Under the pieces are notes generated by a model, which ran no database searches, was not told where the DNA came from, and was given only the letters and a program-made list of their open reading frames with translations. Of a DNA stretch of 64,000 nt, positions 33,921-43,916 are shown in pieces. Source of the DNA: Candidatus Velthaea sp. GTDB taxonomy: Bacteria; Vulcanimicrobiota; Vulcanimicrobiia; Vulcanimicrobiales; Vulcanimicrobiaceae. The translations under genes were made by a program, and so were the position numbers. How positions within the stretch are numbered: position 1 is the stretch's first letter; each line of letters opens with the position of its first letter. The stretch is from positions 32,001-96,000 of the forward strand of contig CBDCCS010000011.1 of assembly GCA_965214935.1 (NCBI GenBank). Reading direction: 5' to 3'.

Positions 33921-35972
33921 TCATGTGAGGTGTAAGGCGGTCAGCAAAACGTCGATGATTTTAATGCCGACGAACGGCACGATAATGCCGCCGAGCCCGT
34001 AAATGAGCGCATTCTCGCGCAGTACGGCGTCCGCTCCGCGCGGCTTGTACGCGACCCCGCGCAGTGCTAGCGGGATGAGCGCGATGATGATGAGCGCATT
34101 GAAAATGATCGCGGACAAAATCGCGCTTTGCGGCGTCGATAGGCGCATGATATTGAGCCCGCTCATGACCGGATAGGCCGTAGCGAACATCGCCGGCAGA
34201 ATGGCGAAATATTTAGCGACGTCGTTGGCGATCGAAAATGTGGTGAGTGCACCGCGCGTCATAAGCAGCTGTTTACCGACTTCGACGACTTCGATGAGCT
34301 TCGTCGGATCCGAATCAAGATCGACCATGTTGCCGGCCTCTTTTGCGGCCTGCGTCCCGGAGTTCATGGCGACGCCGACGTCGGCTTGAGCGAGCGCCGG
34401 CGCATCGTTCGTGCCGTCGCCGGTCATTGCAACAAGCCGGCCCGAACCTTGTTCGCGGCGGATCAGTGCCATTTTCGTTTCGGGCGTCGCCTCGGCGAGG
34501 AAGTCGTCCACGCCGGCTTCGGTCGCGATCGCGCTCGCCGTGAGCGGATTGTCGCCGGTGATCATGATGGTGCGAATGCCCATCGCGCGCAGTCGCGAGA
34601 AACGCTCGCGCATGTTCGGCTTGAGGATGTCCTTGAGATAGATGACTCCGAGAATGCCGCGTTCGCTCGCAAGCAGCAGCGGCGTACCGCCGGCGCGTGC
34701 GATGCGTTCGACATCGCCGTCTAAGGCAAAGTCCGTCGATGCGCCGCGCTGTTCGCGCACCCACGCCTTAACGGAATCCGGCGCACCCTTGCGCACTTTG
34801 GAGCCGTCGGCGAAGTCGAGCCCGCTCATGCGCGTATAGGCGCTGAACGGGACGAATTCCGCACCGTCCGGCACGCGCGATGCCGGATCCCCGGCATTGC
34901 CTAAGCCGGCTTGCGGGGCCGCGAGTAGAACGATCGAGCGCCCTTCGGGCGTTTCGTCTGCCAGCGACGACAGATAGGCCGCGCGATAGACCTCTTGTAC
35001 GTTCAAACCGGGCACGACCACGATCTCCGTCGCCTGCCGGTTCCCCAGCGTGATCGTACCGGTTTTATCGAGCAGCAACGTGTCCACGTCGCCCGCCGCC
35101 TCCACGGCACGGCCGCTCATCGCCAGCACGTTGCGCTGCAGCACGCGATCCATCCCGGCGATACCGATCGCCGAAAGCAAACCGCCGATGGTCGTCGGAA
35201 TCAAACAGACGAGCAGCGCAATGAGCACCACGATGCTCGGCACCGCCCCGGCGTAAATCGAAAACGGTGCGAGCGTTGCAACGGCGATGAGAAAGACGAT
35301 CGTTAAACCGGCCAGTAAAATCGACAGCGCGATCTCGTTGGGCGTCTTCTGACGTTGCGCGCCTTCGACGAGCGAGATCATCCGGTCCAGAAACGATTCG
35401 CCCGGATTTGCGCCGACGATGAGTTCGATTTGATCGGACAGCACGCGCGTTCCACCGGTAACCGAACTGCGGTCGCCGCCGGCTTCGCGAATGACCGGTG
35501 CGGATTCACCCGTGATCGCCGACTCATCGACGGTTGCCGCACCGAGCACGACTTCACCGTCGGCGGGGATGAGTTCACCGGCATCGACGCGGATGCGATC
35601 GCCTTTACGCAGCAACGTCGCGCTAACGGTTTCGAGTTTGCCTTCGACGATGCGTTTGGCCGATGTGTCGGATTTCGTGCGGCGCAGGAAGTCGGCTTGC
35701 GCTTTACCCCGGCCTTCGGCAACGGCTTCGGCGAAATTGGCGAAGACGACGGTGAACCAGAGCCACAACGAAATTGCGACGTCGAAACTGCCCTGTCCGT
35801 CGGCGTGCATATAGTCGCGGATAGCGAAGATTGCCGAAACGAGCGCGCCGACTTCGACGATGAACATGACGGGGTTACGCAGTTGCCAGCGCGGATCGAG
35901 CTTTTTGAACGACTCGACGATCGCCGGAGCGATAATCTCGCGATCGAACAGCGGACGTTGACGCGAAACCAT
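33921..35972 (-). CDS. kdpB: K+-transporting ATPase subunit B (P-type ATPase)
   Basis: TGES, CLIPTT, DKTGT phosphorylation site and [11 protein letters not shown] motifs. Confidence 0.98.
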   Translation of the reverse strand: MVSRQRPLFDREIIAPAIVESFKKLDPRWQLRNPVMFIVEVGALVSAIFAIRDYMHADGQGSFDVAISLWLWFTVVFANFAEAVAEGRGKAQADFLRRTKSDTSAKRIVEGKLETVSATLLRKGDRIRVDAGELIPADGEVVLGAATVDESAITGESAPVIREAGGDRSSVTGGTRVLSDQIELIVGANPGESFLDRMISLVEGAQRQKTPNEIALSILLAGLTIVFLIAVATLAPFSIYAGAVPSIVVLIALLVCLIPTTIGGLLSAIGIAGMDRVLQRNVLAMSGRAVEAAGDVDTLLLDKTGTITLGNRQATEIVVVPGLNVQEVYRAAYLSSLADETPEGRSIVLLAAPQAGLGNAGDPASRVPDGAEFVPFSAYTRMSGLDFADGSKVRKGAPDSVKAWVREQRGASTDFALDGDVERIARAGGTPLLLASERGILGVIYLKDILKPNMRERFSRLRAMGIRTIMITGDNPLTASAIATEAGVDDFLAEATPETKMALIRREQGSGRLVAMTGDGTNDAPALAQADVGVAMNSGTQAAKEAGNMVDLDSDPTKLIEVVEVGKQLLMTRGALTTFSIANDVAKYFAILPAMFATAYPVMSGLNIMRLSTPQSAILSAIIFNALIIIALIPLALRGVAYKPRGADAVLRENALIYGLGGIIVPFVGIKIIDVLLTALHLT

Positions 35973-37672
35973 CAAAACGTTTGTCCTTTGAGCATCTGGA
36001 GATGCTCGACGATCGGACCTAAAGCGTCCGCGGGAAGGAACGTCAGCAATCCGACGATGACGATGACGCTCAGCAGTAGCGCAACGAAGACGGGCGACGT
36101 CGTGGTGAACGTTCCGGCGGTTACCGGGACGGCTTTTTTACCGGCCAGCGCACCGGCCAGCGCGATCATCGGCACAACGATAGCAAAGCGTCCGAAGAAC
36201 ATCGCGGTGCCGGTTAAGATGTTGTAGAACGTATTGCTCGTTAAACCGCCGAACGCCGAACCGTTGTTGCCCGTCGACGACGAGAACGCGTAGAGTATTT
36301 CGGAGAACCCGTGCGATCCGGTGTTGCCCAGCGTCGCCAAGCCGTCTTTGCTAACGGCTGCGATTGCGGTGGGAACGAGCGAAAACAGCGGTACGACGAG
36401 CAGCGCGAGAATCGCCAACTGGACTTCGCGACGTTCGATTTTCTTACCGAGATACTCGGGCGTCCGGCCGACCATGAGCCCGGCTAAAAACACGGTGAGC
36501 ACAACGAAGAGAATCATGCCGTAGAATCCGCTGCCGACGCCGCCGAAAATGATCTCGCCGAGTTGGATGTTAAGCAGCGGGACTAAACCGCCCAGCGGCG
36601 TGAATGAGTCGTGCTGTGCGTTGACCGCGCCGCACGACGTATCGGTCGTCATGGTGGCGAACAGCGTCGATGCGGCGACTCCGAAGCGCGTATCTTTGCC
36701 TTCGAGGTTCGGACCGTGAACGCCCAGTTGCGCAACGATCGGATTGCCGCCGGACTCCGCGCCGTATGTTGCGGCAAAACCGGCGACGAACACGATCGTC
36801 ATTGCGATGAAGATCGCCCAGCCCTGCCGCTGATCTTTCGCAAAGCGCCCGAACGTATACGTGAGCGCGCCGGCGATGAGGAAAATACACACCATTTCGA
36901 GCAGGTTCGAACCCGGGGTCGGATTTTCGTTCGGCGAGATCGAGTTGGCGCCGACGAAACCGCCGCCGTTCGTGCCTAATTCTTTGATGATTTCTTGCGA
37001 GGCCATCGGCCCGCCGGTGATCGTTTGGGTGACGCCCTCGAGACCCTTGACGTCGGTGTAAGCCGCAAAATTTTGCGGGACGCCCTGCCAAAGCAGCAGT
37101 AGCGCACCGAGGATCGATAGCGGTAGAAGCACGTATAAGATCGAGCGCGTCATGTCCACCCAGAAATTACCGAGCGTCTTCCGATCGGTTCGGACGATCC
37201 CGCGCATGAACGCGATCGACAGCGCGATACCGGCTGCCGCCGAAACGAAGTTGTGCCACGCCAAACCGATCATCTGCGATAGGTAGCTCATCGACGACTC
37301 ACCGGAATAAAATTGCCAATTCGTGTTGGTCAGAAAGCTGATAGCGGTATTCCAGGCAAGATCGGGCGAAAAGTTTCCGAAGTGCTGCGGATTGAGCGGC
37401 AGCGCTGCTTGCGTGCGTAACAGCACGTACAAATAGACGAAGCCGACCAGGCTAAAGCCGAAGAGTGCCAAGACATACGAACGCCACCCCATCTCGCGCT
37501 CGGGTGTAATCCGGCAGACTCGATATAGGATGCTTTCGACCGGCGCGAGTACCGGCGACAAGAAAACGCGCTCTCCGGCGAACACCCGGTACATGTAGAG
37601 CCCTAAGGGCTTGACGCACGCTAAAACGAGCGCAAAGGTCACGCTGGCCTCGAACCAGCCGACGGCCGTCAT
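35972..37672 (-). CDS. kdpA: K+-transporting ATPase subunit A
   Basis: Pore loops TNTNWQ, GTNGGG, TSCGA and [17 protein letters not shown]. Confidence 0.98.
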   Translation of the reverse strand: MTAVGWFEASVTFALVLACVKPLGLYMYRVFAGERVFLSPVLAPVESILYRVCRITPEREMGWRSYVLALFGFSLVGFVYLYVLLRTQAALPLNPQHFGNFSPDLAWNTAISFLTNTNWQFYSGESSMSYLSQMIGLAWHNFVSAAAGIALSIAFMRGIVRTDRKTLGNFWVDMTRSILYVLLPLSILGALLLLWQGVPQNFAAYTDVKGLEGVTQTITGGPMASQEIIKELGTNGGGFVGANSISPNENPTPGSNLLEMVCIFLIAGALTYTFGRFAKDQRQGWAIFIAMTIVFVAGFAATYGAESGGNPIVAQLGVHGPNLEGKDTRFGVAASTLFATMTTDTSCGAVNAQHDSFTPLGGLVPLLNIQLGEIIFGGVGSGFYGMILFVVLTVFLAGLMVGRTPEYLGKKIERREVQLAILALLVVPLFSLVPTAIAAVSKDGLATLGNTGSHGFSEILYAFSSSTGNNGSAFGGLTSNTFYNILTGTAMFFGRFAIVVPMIALAGALAGKKAVPVTAGTFTTTSPVFVALLLSVIVIVGLLTFLPADALGPIVEHLQMLKGQTF

Positions 37673-37761
37673 CAAAATTTCTCCGGCCGAAGCATTGCGT
37701 AGGTCAGATACACGAGTGCTCCTGCTGCGAGCACGAGGCCCACGAGCAAATCTGCATTCAT
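37672..37761 (-). CDS. kdpF: K+-transporting ATPase subunit F (29 aa, not in the ORF track)
   Basis: MNADLLVGLVLAAGALVYLTYAMLRPEKF*, with the canonical YL.YA.L.PE.F end; TGATG coupling to kdpA. Confidence 0.93.
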   Translation of the reverse strand: MNADLLVGLVLAAGALVYLTYAMLRPEKF

Positions 37762-37847
37762 ATCCGTTCGCATCCGGCTGCGTAACGGTCGAGCAGCGCA
37801 AAAAAAACGATCGATAAAACGATCAGCGCAAGTTCAAGGACGATCAT
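37758..37847 (-). CDS. Second 29-aa hydrophobic peptide upstream of kdpF
   Basis: MIVLELALIVLSIVFFALLDRYAAGCERI*; ATGA overlap with kdpF; GGAG upstream. Confidence 0.75.
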   Translation of the reverse strand: MIVLELALIVLSIVFFALLDRYAAGCERI

Positions 37848-37936
37848 CGGTCGGCATCAACTCCGCCGCTGTGCGGCGACAAGGCAGTATAGGTCAGCAC
37901 CGAGTTTACGAATCTTCGCCGCGCGTGAGGAGCCGT

Positions 37937-37955
37937 CGAACGGATGATCCGTTCG
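37937..37955. promoter_or_regulatory. Perfect palindrome, candidate operator between the kdp and metal-transporter operons
   Basis: CGAACGGAT-G-ATCCGTTCG; a minus-strand TATACT -10 candidate lies at 37886-37891. Confidence 0.45.
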
Positions 37956-38125
37956 GATGCAGGCCTTGAACGAATCGAAGATCAGCGTTAAGCGACGGCC
38001 AAGTCCGATCGAGCGTGCATTGCCGTGCAGGGAAATTTCTTTCAGCAAATGGTAGAAGGCATGCAATGTCGGCAATCTACCACGCACGACCCTGCGTTAG
38101 TGCGTTAGAGATGAACGCCCGATTA

Positions 38126-39703
38126 ATGACGTGCAGTCGGCTTTGGGCCTGGTGTGCGTCGGTTATTGTCCTCGGATTGACGCTCGCCGCCGCGCCGTCG
38201 TTGGTACAAGCACATCCGCTGGGAAATTTCACGACAAACCACCTGACGCGCCTTTCCGTCGCGCACGGCAAAGTCGGCGTGCTCTACGTGCTCGATATGG
38301 CCGAGATTCCGACCGTCGCGCTCGATCGAATGCTGGCCGATGACGGTCATCCCAGCGCGCGTCAATACGCCGCCTGGGGCACTGCGCACGCAGCCGCAAT
38401 TAGACCGCAGCTCGAATTACTCGCCGACGGACAGCGGGTTGAACTGCAGGCCCTCGACACGTCGGTTGTGACTCGCGCCGGTGCCGCCGGATTACCGACG
38501 GTCTATCTGCGCGCTCGGTTCGGCGCTGACGTCCCCAGCGGTACGAAGAATTTCGTTTATCACGATCGGTCGGAGCCGGGACGGCTCGGCTGGAAAGACG
38601 TCGTGCTAACGCCGGAAATCGAGCCGACGCACGAACTCCGCGTCTATCCAAGCGCCCTCGTCGGCTCGCCGCGCACGCGGCTGGCACTTGCAGCGGCAAT
38701 CGACAGACGCGGCGTCCCGCATCAAATCGCGGATGCGCCGGACGATGTTCCGGTCGTCAATGCGCCGTCGGTCGGGCGGATGGACGCGCTTTCGGATATT
38801 CTCAAACACGACGATAGCGGTCCGGCGTTCATCCTTGGAGCGCTGCTCTTGGCGGTTGGTTTAGGTGCACTCCATGCGCTTGAACCGGGCCACGGTAAGA
38901 CGCTGTTGGCCGTTTCACTCGTCGGGGCGCGGGCGACGGTACGGCAGGCGTTCATCTTGGCTGGATCGCTGACGTTCGCGCATACGATCGGCGTCATCGC
39001 GCTGGGAGCGATCGTGATGTTTGCGACGCGCTGGATCGTGCCCGAACAAATTTATCCCTGGATTACGCTCGGCTCGGGCTTGCTTGTCGCCGGCCTCGGT
39101 GCGCGGGCACTTGCGGCGGAAATGCGTCGGCGCCGGCCGATCGCCCACATTCACGTTCACGCGCATCCGCACGCGCATCCGCACGCTCACGACCACGCTC
39201 ACGGCTTAGGGGTCGACGAGCACGACCACACGAGCCTTAGCGACGACGCTCACGCGCGCGCGCATGCGGTTCCGGGGTCGGCGCCGCTGACGTTTCGAAC
39301 GGCCGTGTTGGCCGCTGCCAGCGGCAACCTTGCTCCGTGTCCGGCCGCCCTCGTCGTGCTGCTCGCTGCGATCGCGCTGCACCGAATTGCCCTCGGCATG
39401 ACGCTCATCGTCGCTTTCAGCTTCGGGCTGGCGGCAACGTTGACGGTGCTCGGCATTGCCGTCGTGCGCGGTGCTGCCTGGTTGTCGCGCCGTCCGCAAT
39501 TCGATAAAGCGGCGCGCTGGGCGCCGTTTGCCTCGGCCGGTGCAATCGCGCTGGTCGGTGCGGCGATGGTCGGCGAAGGACTCGTCGCCCAGGGTGTTCC
39601 GGCATCGGTCCCGATCCTGGCCGGCCTGACGTTCTTAGCGATCGTCGGTTACGCATTCGGCGTTCCGCATCGGCATCGCGCGCTTGAATCGAGCAGTGCA
39701 TGA
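38126..39703 (+). CDS. RcnA-like Ni/Co transporter fused to an N-terminal exported domain
   Basis: Signal peptide VQA|HPLGNF; HALEPGHGKT, His-rich loop HIHVHAHPHAHPHAHDHAH, PCPAAL. Confidence 0.88.
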   Translation: MTCSRLWAWCASVIVLGLTLAAAPSLVQAHPLGNFTTNHLTRLSVAHGKVGVLYVLDMAEIPTVALDRMLADDGHPSARQYAAWGTAHAAAIRPQLELLADGQRVELQALDTSVVTRAGAAGLPTVYLRARFGADVPSGTKNFVYHDRSEPGRLGWKDVVLTPEIEPTHELRVYPSALVGSPRTRLALAAAIDRRGVPHQIADAPDDVPVVNAPSVGRMDALSDILKHDDSGPAFILGALLLAVGLGALHALEPGHGKTLLAVSLVGARATVRQAFILAGSLTFAHTIGVIALGAIVMFATRWIVPEQIYPWITLGSGLLVAGLGARALAAEMRRRRPIAHIHVHAHPHAHPHAHDHAHGLGVDEHDHTSLSDDAHARAHAVPGSAPLTFRTAVLAAASGNLAPCPAALVVLLAAIALHRIALGMTLIVAFSFGLAATLTVLGIAVVRGAAWLSRRPQFDKAARWAPFASAGAIALVGAAMVGEGLVAQGVPASVPILAGLTFLAIVGYAFGVPHRHRALESSSA

Positions 39704-40524
39704 TCGGCTTGAGCGCCGTGACGGTTTTTGTGATCGGCCTGCGCCACGGTGCGGATCCCGATCATCTTGCCGCCATCGATAACGTTACGCGCAATGCATA
39801 CGCAAAGACGCCGTTTCTCAGCCGTTTCGTCGGTACGATGTTTGCCGGCGGCCACTCGATCATGGTGCTTGCACTCTCGGCCCTCGTGGGTTTGCTGGGT
39901 CAGCGTTTCTCGGCGCACGGTGCGCTGATCGAAACGATCGGAACGTGGGTCAGCATCGTCGTGCTGTTTCTCATTGCCGCTGCAAATCTGTGGCAATTGC
40001 GGCAAGGTGATGCAAGTCGAATCGTCGGCGCGAAGACGCGTTTGCTGCCGCGGGCGTTGCGCAACGGCAACAGCGCATTGCTCGCGATTCCGATCGGCCT
40101 TCTGTTCGGCTTCGGGTTCGAGACCTCGAGCCAAGTCGCAACGTACGCCGTTGCGTTCGGAGCGGACTCCGGCGTTTGGGGCGCAGTTGTTATCGGTGCG
40201 ATGTTTTGTTTTGGTATGATCGTCACCGATACGCTCGACAGTGTCGTGGTACACCGGTTAATCTCATTTCGTTCCGACCGGCTGCCGCGCATCATGCGCG
40301 TTTGGATCGTCTCGGTCACCGTTTTCGCTCTTGTTATCGCACTTTACGAGCTTGCGCAGATTTGCGGTTGGCAACCACCGTTTTCCGATTTAGTGGTGAG
40401 CGGTTCGCTGGTAACTGCGCTGGCTCTGGTCTTTGTTTACGTTTTCTATCAGACACGTAAGCATCCGCTCACGTCGTTACCCGAGCCGCAATTAGCGGCA
40501 ACCACAACAGGAGAAGGTCCATGA
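39700..40524 (+). CDS. HoxN/NixA (NiCoT) family nickel/cobalt permease
   Basis: GLRHGADPDHLAAIDN, FAGGHS and LFGFGFETSSQ motifs. Confidence 0.9.
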   Translation: MIGLSAVTVFVIGLRHGADPDHLAAIDNVTRNAYAKTPFLSRFVGTMFAGGHSIMVLALSALVGLLGQRFSAHGALIETIGTWVSIVVLFLIAAANLWQLRQGDASRIVGAKTRLLPRALRNGNSALLAIPIGLLFGFGFETSSQVATYAVAFGADSGVWGAVVIGAMFCFGMIVTDTLDSVVVHRLISFRSDRLPRIMRVWIVSVTVFALVIALYELAQICGWQPPFSDLVVSGSLVTALALVFVYVFYQTRKHPLTSLPEPQLAATTTGEGP

Positions 40525-41330
40525 AACTACGCTCAGGTGCGCTGGGCGGGGTTGCGGCGATTGCTGCGCTGGTCGTTACGGCCGTCGCTTACAATACGCT
40601 TCCCGTCCGCGGTTCCGACCACCAAGACTCAGTATTGACATTCGCACGTCCGGCAGCCGATATTACCGATGTTTTCCTTTATCCCAGCACGGATCCGGCG
40701 AAAGTCGTGCTGCAAATGGATCTGGACACGTCGCTGTCGCCGTCGGCAAATCTCACTCAACTCGATCCGGGCGTCTTGTATCAATTTAAAATCGCGCATA
40801 GCGCTACCGGTGGTGCCGGCGGCGCCGAAGACATGGTCATTCAATTACTGCCGCAGGGCAACGGCGCCGGCCAGACGGTCAACGTATACGGTCCGTTCGC
40901 GCCGTCCGCGACCGGACCGGTTAGCGTATCGGGCGCGCTGAGCGGCTCGGTTCCGTTTAGCGCTCCCGGCGCGGCTTCAAGCGGTACCGTGCTTGCCAAC
41001 GGAATGCGCGTTTTTGTCGGTGAGCGTGCCGACCCGTTCTTCTTCGACCTCGCGCAGTTCTTCAAAATTCTGCCCGATCGCAATGTCGGTAATCAGCCCA
41101 ACCCGCCGCCGCCGCTAACGCAAGCAACGGGCTTCCGCGGCTTTACCGCGGCGTTTAACGCAGCACACGCAACTGCTTGCGATACGACTCCGGCAGTCGA
41201 CTTTCTCTCGGCGAACCATGGGAACGTGGTTTCAATCGTGGTCGAAGCACCGCGCGCTTTGATTGCCCCGGACCCAACGAAGCAAACGATTCACTTGTGG
41301 ACGACGACGTCCACGGCGACGGGGAGCTAG
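40521..41330 (+). CDS. DUF4331-family exported protein (N-terminal-half type)
   Basis: Signal peptide then SDHQD; ADITDVF, G.RADPFFFD, NVVSIVVE.P and LWTTTS motifs. Confidence 0.8.
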   Translation: MKLRSGALGGVAAIAALVVTAVAYNTLPVRGSDHQDSVLTFARPAADITDVFLYPSTDPAKVVLQMDLDTSLSPSANLTQLDPGVLYQFKIAHSATGGAGGAEDMVIQLLPQGNGAGQTVNVYGPFAPSATGPVSVSGALSGSVPFSAPGAASSGTVLANGMRVFVGERADPFFFDLAQFFKILPDRNVGNQPNPPPPLTQATGFRGFTAAFNAAHATACDTTPAVDFLSANHGNVVSIVVEAPRALIAPDPTKQTIHLWTTTSTATGS

Positions 41331-41336
41331 TCCAAC

Positions 41337-41939
41337 ATGAAGCAAACTCTGCTCTCGTTCGTAGCGATTTATGCCTTGGTCATCGGAGCGGCAAGCTGTA
41401 ACAGCACGAGCAACGCTCCGGCTCCTACGCCGCCGGCCGTCGCCGGCACCGCGGGTTACCATCAAGTCGAGCGGCTGGCGCGACCGGCAATCAAAGAAGC
41501 CACGGAGTCGTTCGCAAATCACGCGATTACCAATACCGTTTCACCGGAAAGCGCGACGACCGACAGCGTGTTGGCCGGGTCGATTCACGACTTCGCGAAA
41601 TTCGTCGGGCGGGATGAAGCGCACGCAACGACGCTCGTAGCGATCCTCGTGCCGGATGAACTAACGGCCGATCTCAGCAAGCCCGACGCCCATGCATCGT
41701 ACCTTGGTGTCGAGACGGGTGGCTTTACCGGCAGCCATTTCGGTGGTCGCGGTTTGTCCGACGACGTCATCGATATCGATCTGTATGCGGTGTTCGGGAC
41801 GGCGCTCAGCGATCTTGGTTTAGTGCCGGACGATCATCACGCGCTGCCGTGCTTGACGACCGACAACGTTTCGGCCGCGCAGGGACAAGCAACCGATAAC
41901 ATCACCGGCGGCTTCCCGTACGTCGGCGCGCCGCACTAG
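41337..41939 (+). CDS. DUF4331-family lipoprotein (C-terminal-half type)
   Basis: Lipobox-like AAS|C; QVERLARPAI, GGRGLSDDVID and FPYV.APH motifs. Confidence 0.8.
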   Translation: MKQTLLSFVAIYALVIGAASCNSTSNAPAPTPPAVAGTAGYHQVERLARPAIKEATESFANHAITNTVSPESATTDSVLAGSIHDFAKFVGRDEAHATTLVAILVPDELTADLSKPDAHASYLGVETGGFTGSHFGGRGLSDDVIDIDLYAVFGTALSDLGLVPDDHHALPCLTTDNVSAAQGQATDNITGGFPYVGAPH

Positions 41940-41944
41940 TTCGA

Positions 41945-43273
41945 CTGCCTAGCCGAACCCCGCGGCTGATTGCGGCAAGCGCATTTCTTGCGCTTGCCGC
42001 TTGGCCCTTTTTCTTGCACGCACGCATGACCGAATCGGCTCCGGCCGATCCGGTCATGCTGCTATCGCCGGCTCCGGTCGAACATGATTATGTCGGGCGC
42101 GATAAGAGCATTGCTTTCCTCGAGTCGCGCTACAAGAAAGACGCGGCCGACATGCTCACGCCGGCACGCTTGTCATCTGAATATCTGCAACGCTACCGCG
42201 AGCATGGCGACATCGGTGATGTACTGCGTGCCGAAGCTGCCGCCCAGACATCGTTGAGCGTGCTACCCGCCGCCCGCAATCCGTTGGGTGATAGTGCGCT
42301 TGCATCCGCCGAGCTCACATTGCACCGCTTTCGAGAAGCAAAGCGTGCGCTGCTAACGGCGCGTGACAAGATCGGCGCGAACTCCGGTAGCGATTCGGCG
42401 TTGGCGGCGATCGATCTCGAACTCGGCGAATATATGCCGGCACGACGGCTGCTCGAGACCGGCAGTATCGAGCACGATCCCGCGGCAGCCGTCGTTCTCG
42501 CCCGCTGGTACGAAATTAGCGGACGTCTTACCCAAGCACAGCGGCTCGTCGATCGCTCGGCGCACTACGCAGACTCGATTTTTAGCGTTCCGGCGGAACG
42601 GCGCGCGTGGTTCCACTTCCGGCTCGGCGAGCTAAAGTTTCTTCACGGTGACAACGACGGCGCCGTTGCCGAAGAACATCATGCGCTCGACTTGTACCCC
42701 GATGACTTTCTCGCACTTGGTGCGCTGGCGCGCGTCGAACTTGCCATCAACGATTACGCTGCGGCGGAAAGCGCTGCGACGCAAGCAGTTGCGATCGTTC
42801 CATCGCCCGAGACGCTCGGCATCCTTGCCGACGCACAAGCACAGCTGGGGAAAACGGTTTCGGCGGCCGCTTCTCGAGCGCAAATTGACGCCGTGGAGAA
42901 AATCGGCAACGCCGAACACGTGAACGACCGGCTCATCGCCGTCTACCTCGCCGATCATCGGCAACGTGTCGACGATGCCTATGTAATTGCCCGTCGAGAG
43001 ATCGGCATTCGCGATGACATTTATGCCGAAGATACGTTAGCTTGGTGCGCGGCCGCCGCCGGCCGCTGGGACGTCGCCCGGATTGCCGAACGCAAAGCGC
43101 TACGATTCGATACCGAGGATCCGCGAATGCAGTATCATGCCGGCGTAATCGCCGCGCATTTCGGTGATGACGCCGAAGCTAAACGCCGGTTCGGTCGCGC
43201 ATTGGCACTCAATCCGCACTTCTCGGCGACACAGGCCGACGATGCGCGCGCGAGGCTCGCTGCCCTAAAATAG
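41945..43273 (+). CDS. Tetratricopeptide-repeat protein
   Basis: Ala-rich helical repeats ending YHAG.IA...G....A......AL.LNP.F; frame open upstream of TTG 42014, encoding a hydrophobic anchor (start uncertain). Confidence 0.85.
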   Translation: MPSRTPRLIAASAFLALAAWPFFLHARMTESAPADPVMLLSPAPVEHDYVGRDKSIAFLESRYKKDAADMLTPARLSSEYLQRYREHGDIGDVLRAEAAAQTSLSVLPAARNPLGDSALASAELTLHRFREAKRALLTARDKIGANSGSDSALAAIDLELGEYMPARRLLETGSIEHDPAAAVVLARWYEISGRLTQAQRLVDRSAHYADSIFSVPAERRAWFHFRLGELKFLHGDNDGAVAEEHHALDLYPDDFLALGALARVELAINDYAAAESAATQAVAIVPSPETLGILADAQAQLGKTVSAAASRAQIDAVEKIGNAEHVNDRLIAVYLADHRQRVDDAYVIARREIGIRDDIYAEDTLAWCAAAAGRWDVARIAERKALRFDTEDPRMQYHAGVIAAHFGDDAEAKRRFGRALALNPHFSATQADDARARLAALK

Positions 43274-43302
43274 CAAAGGCCCCGATCGCTCGGGGCCTTT
43301 GC
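43273..43302. terminator. Hairpin terminator between convergent TPR and fasciclin genes
   Basis: GCAAAGGCCCCGA-TCGC-TCGGGGCCTTTGC, 13-bp perfect stem. Confidence 0.8.
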
Positions 43303-43322
43303 AAAGCCGTTCCGACTTTGTA

Positions 43323-43916
43323 TTAAGGCATTAATACCGTGTCGACGACGTGAATCACGCCGTTCGATTGGTAGACGTCACCGATCGTTACGCGCGACAT
43401 CCCACCCTTGGAGTCGGTAAGAACGAGGGTCTGGCCGTCCATCGATGCCGTCAGGTCTTCACCTTGAACGGTCTTGAGCATGGCTTTGCCGCCGCCCGCA
43501 GCGATCTGCGCAGCAATCGCCTTCGAGTCGAGGCGTCCGGCAACAACATGGTACGTCAGGATCTTGGTGAGCGTATCTTTATTTTCCGGCTTCACGAGCG
43601 TATCGACCGTTCCGGCCGGCAATTTCGCGAACGCTTCGTCGGTCGGTGCGAAAACAGTGAACGGCCCGGGGCTGTTGAGCGTGTCGACGAGAGCGGCGGC
43701 TTTGACGGCCGCAACAAGCGTCTTATGATCGGCCGAATTAACGGCATTCGCGACGATCGTTTTGTTCGCATACATTGCGTGTCCGCCGACCATCGGATCC
43801 TTATGCATTGCCATTCCGCTCATCGAATCACCCATCGTGTCGGCGGCAAACGCCGGCGTCAGCGAGAGACACATGGCGCTCATTGCTGCGGCCGCAGCGA
43901 TCTTGCTAATTTTCAT
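43323..43916 (-). CDS. Fasciclin (FAS1) domain secreted protein, MPT70/83-like
   Basis: Signal peptide; GPFTVFAPTDEAF, ILTYHVV and SNGVIHVVDTVLMP motifs; AGGAG RBS. Confidence 0.95.
   Translation of the reverse strand: MKISKIAAAAAMSAMCLSLTPAFAADTMGDSMSGMAMHKDPMVGGHAMYANKTIVANAVNSADHKTLVAAVKAAALVDTLNSPGPFTVFAPTDEAFAKLPAGTVDTLVKPENKDTLTKILTYHVVAGRLDSKAIAAQIAAGGGKAMLKTVQGEDLTASMDGQTLVLTDSKGGMSRVTIGDVYQSNGVIHVVDTVLMP

Noticed and set aside
37945..37975. SigK/ECF-type promoter (TGATCC...CGAA) for the DUF4331 operon
   Set aside because: The spacer is about 20 nt, longer than expected, and no ECF sigma gene is in the window.
37850..38125. c-di-AMP (ydaO) riboswitch upstream of kdp
   Set aside because: GCTGAA occurs on the minus strand but the other conserved ydaO segments are absent.
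39144..39203. Short DNA repeats such as CACGCGCATCCG twice, and GAAGAG/GACGAA runs in the rpoB tail
   Set aside because: Explained by His-rich and acidic low-complexity protein coding.
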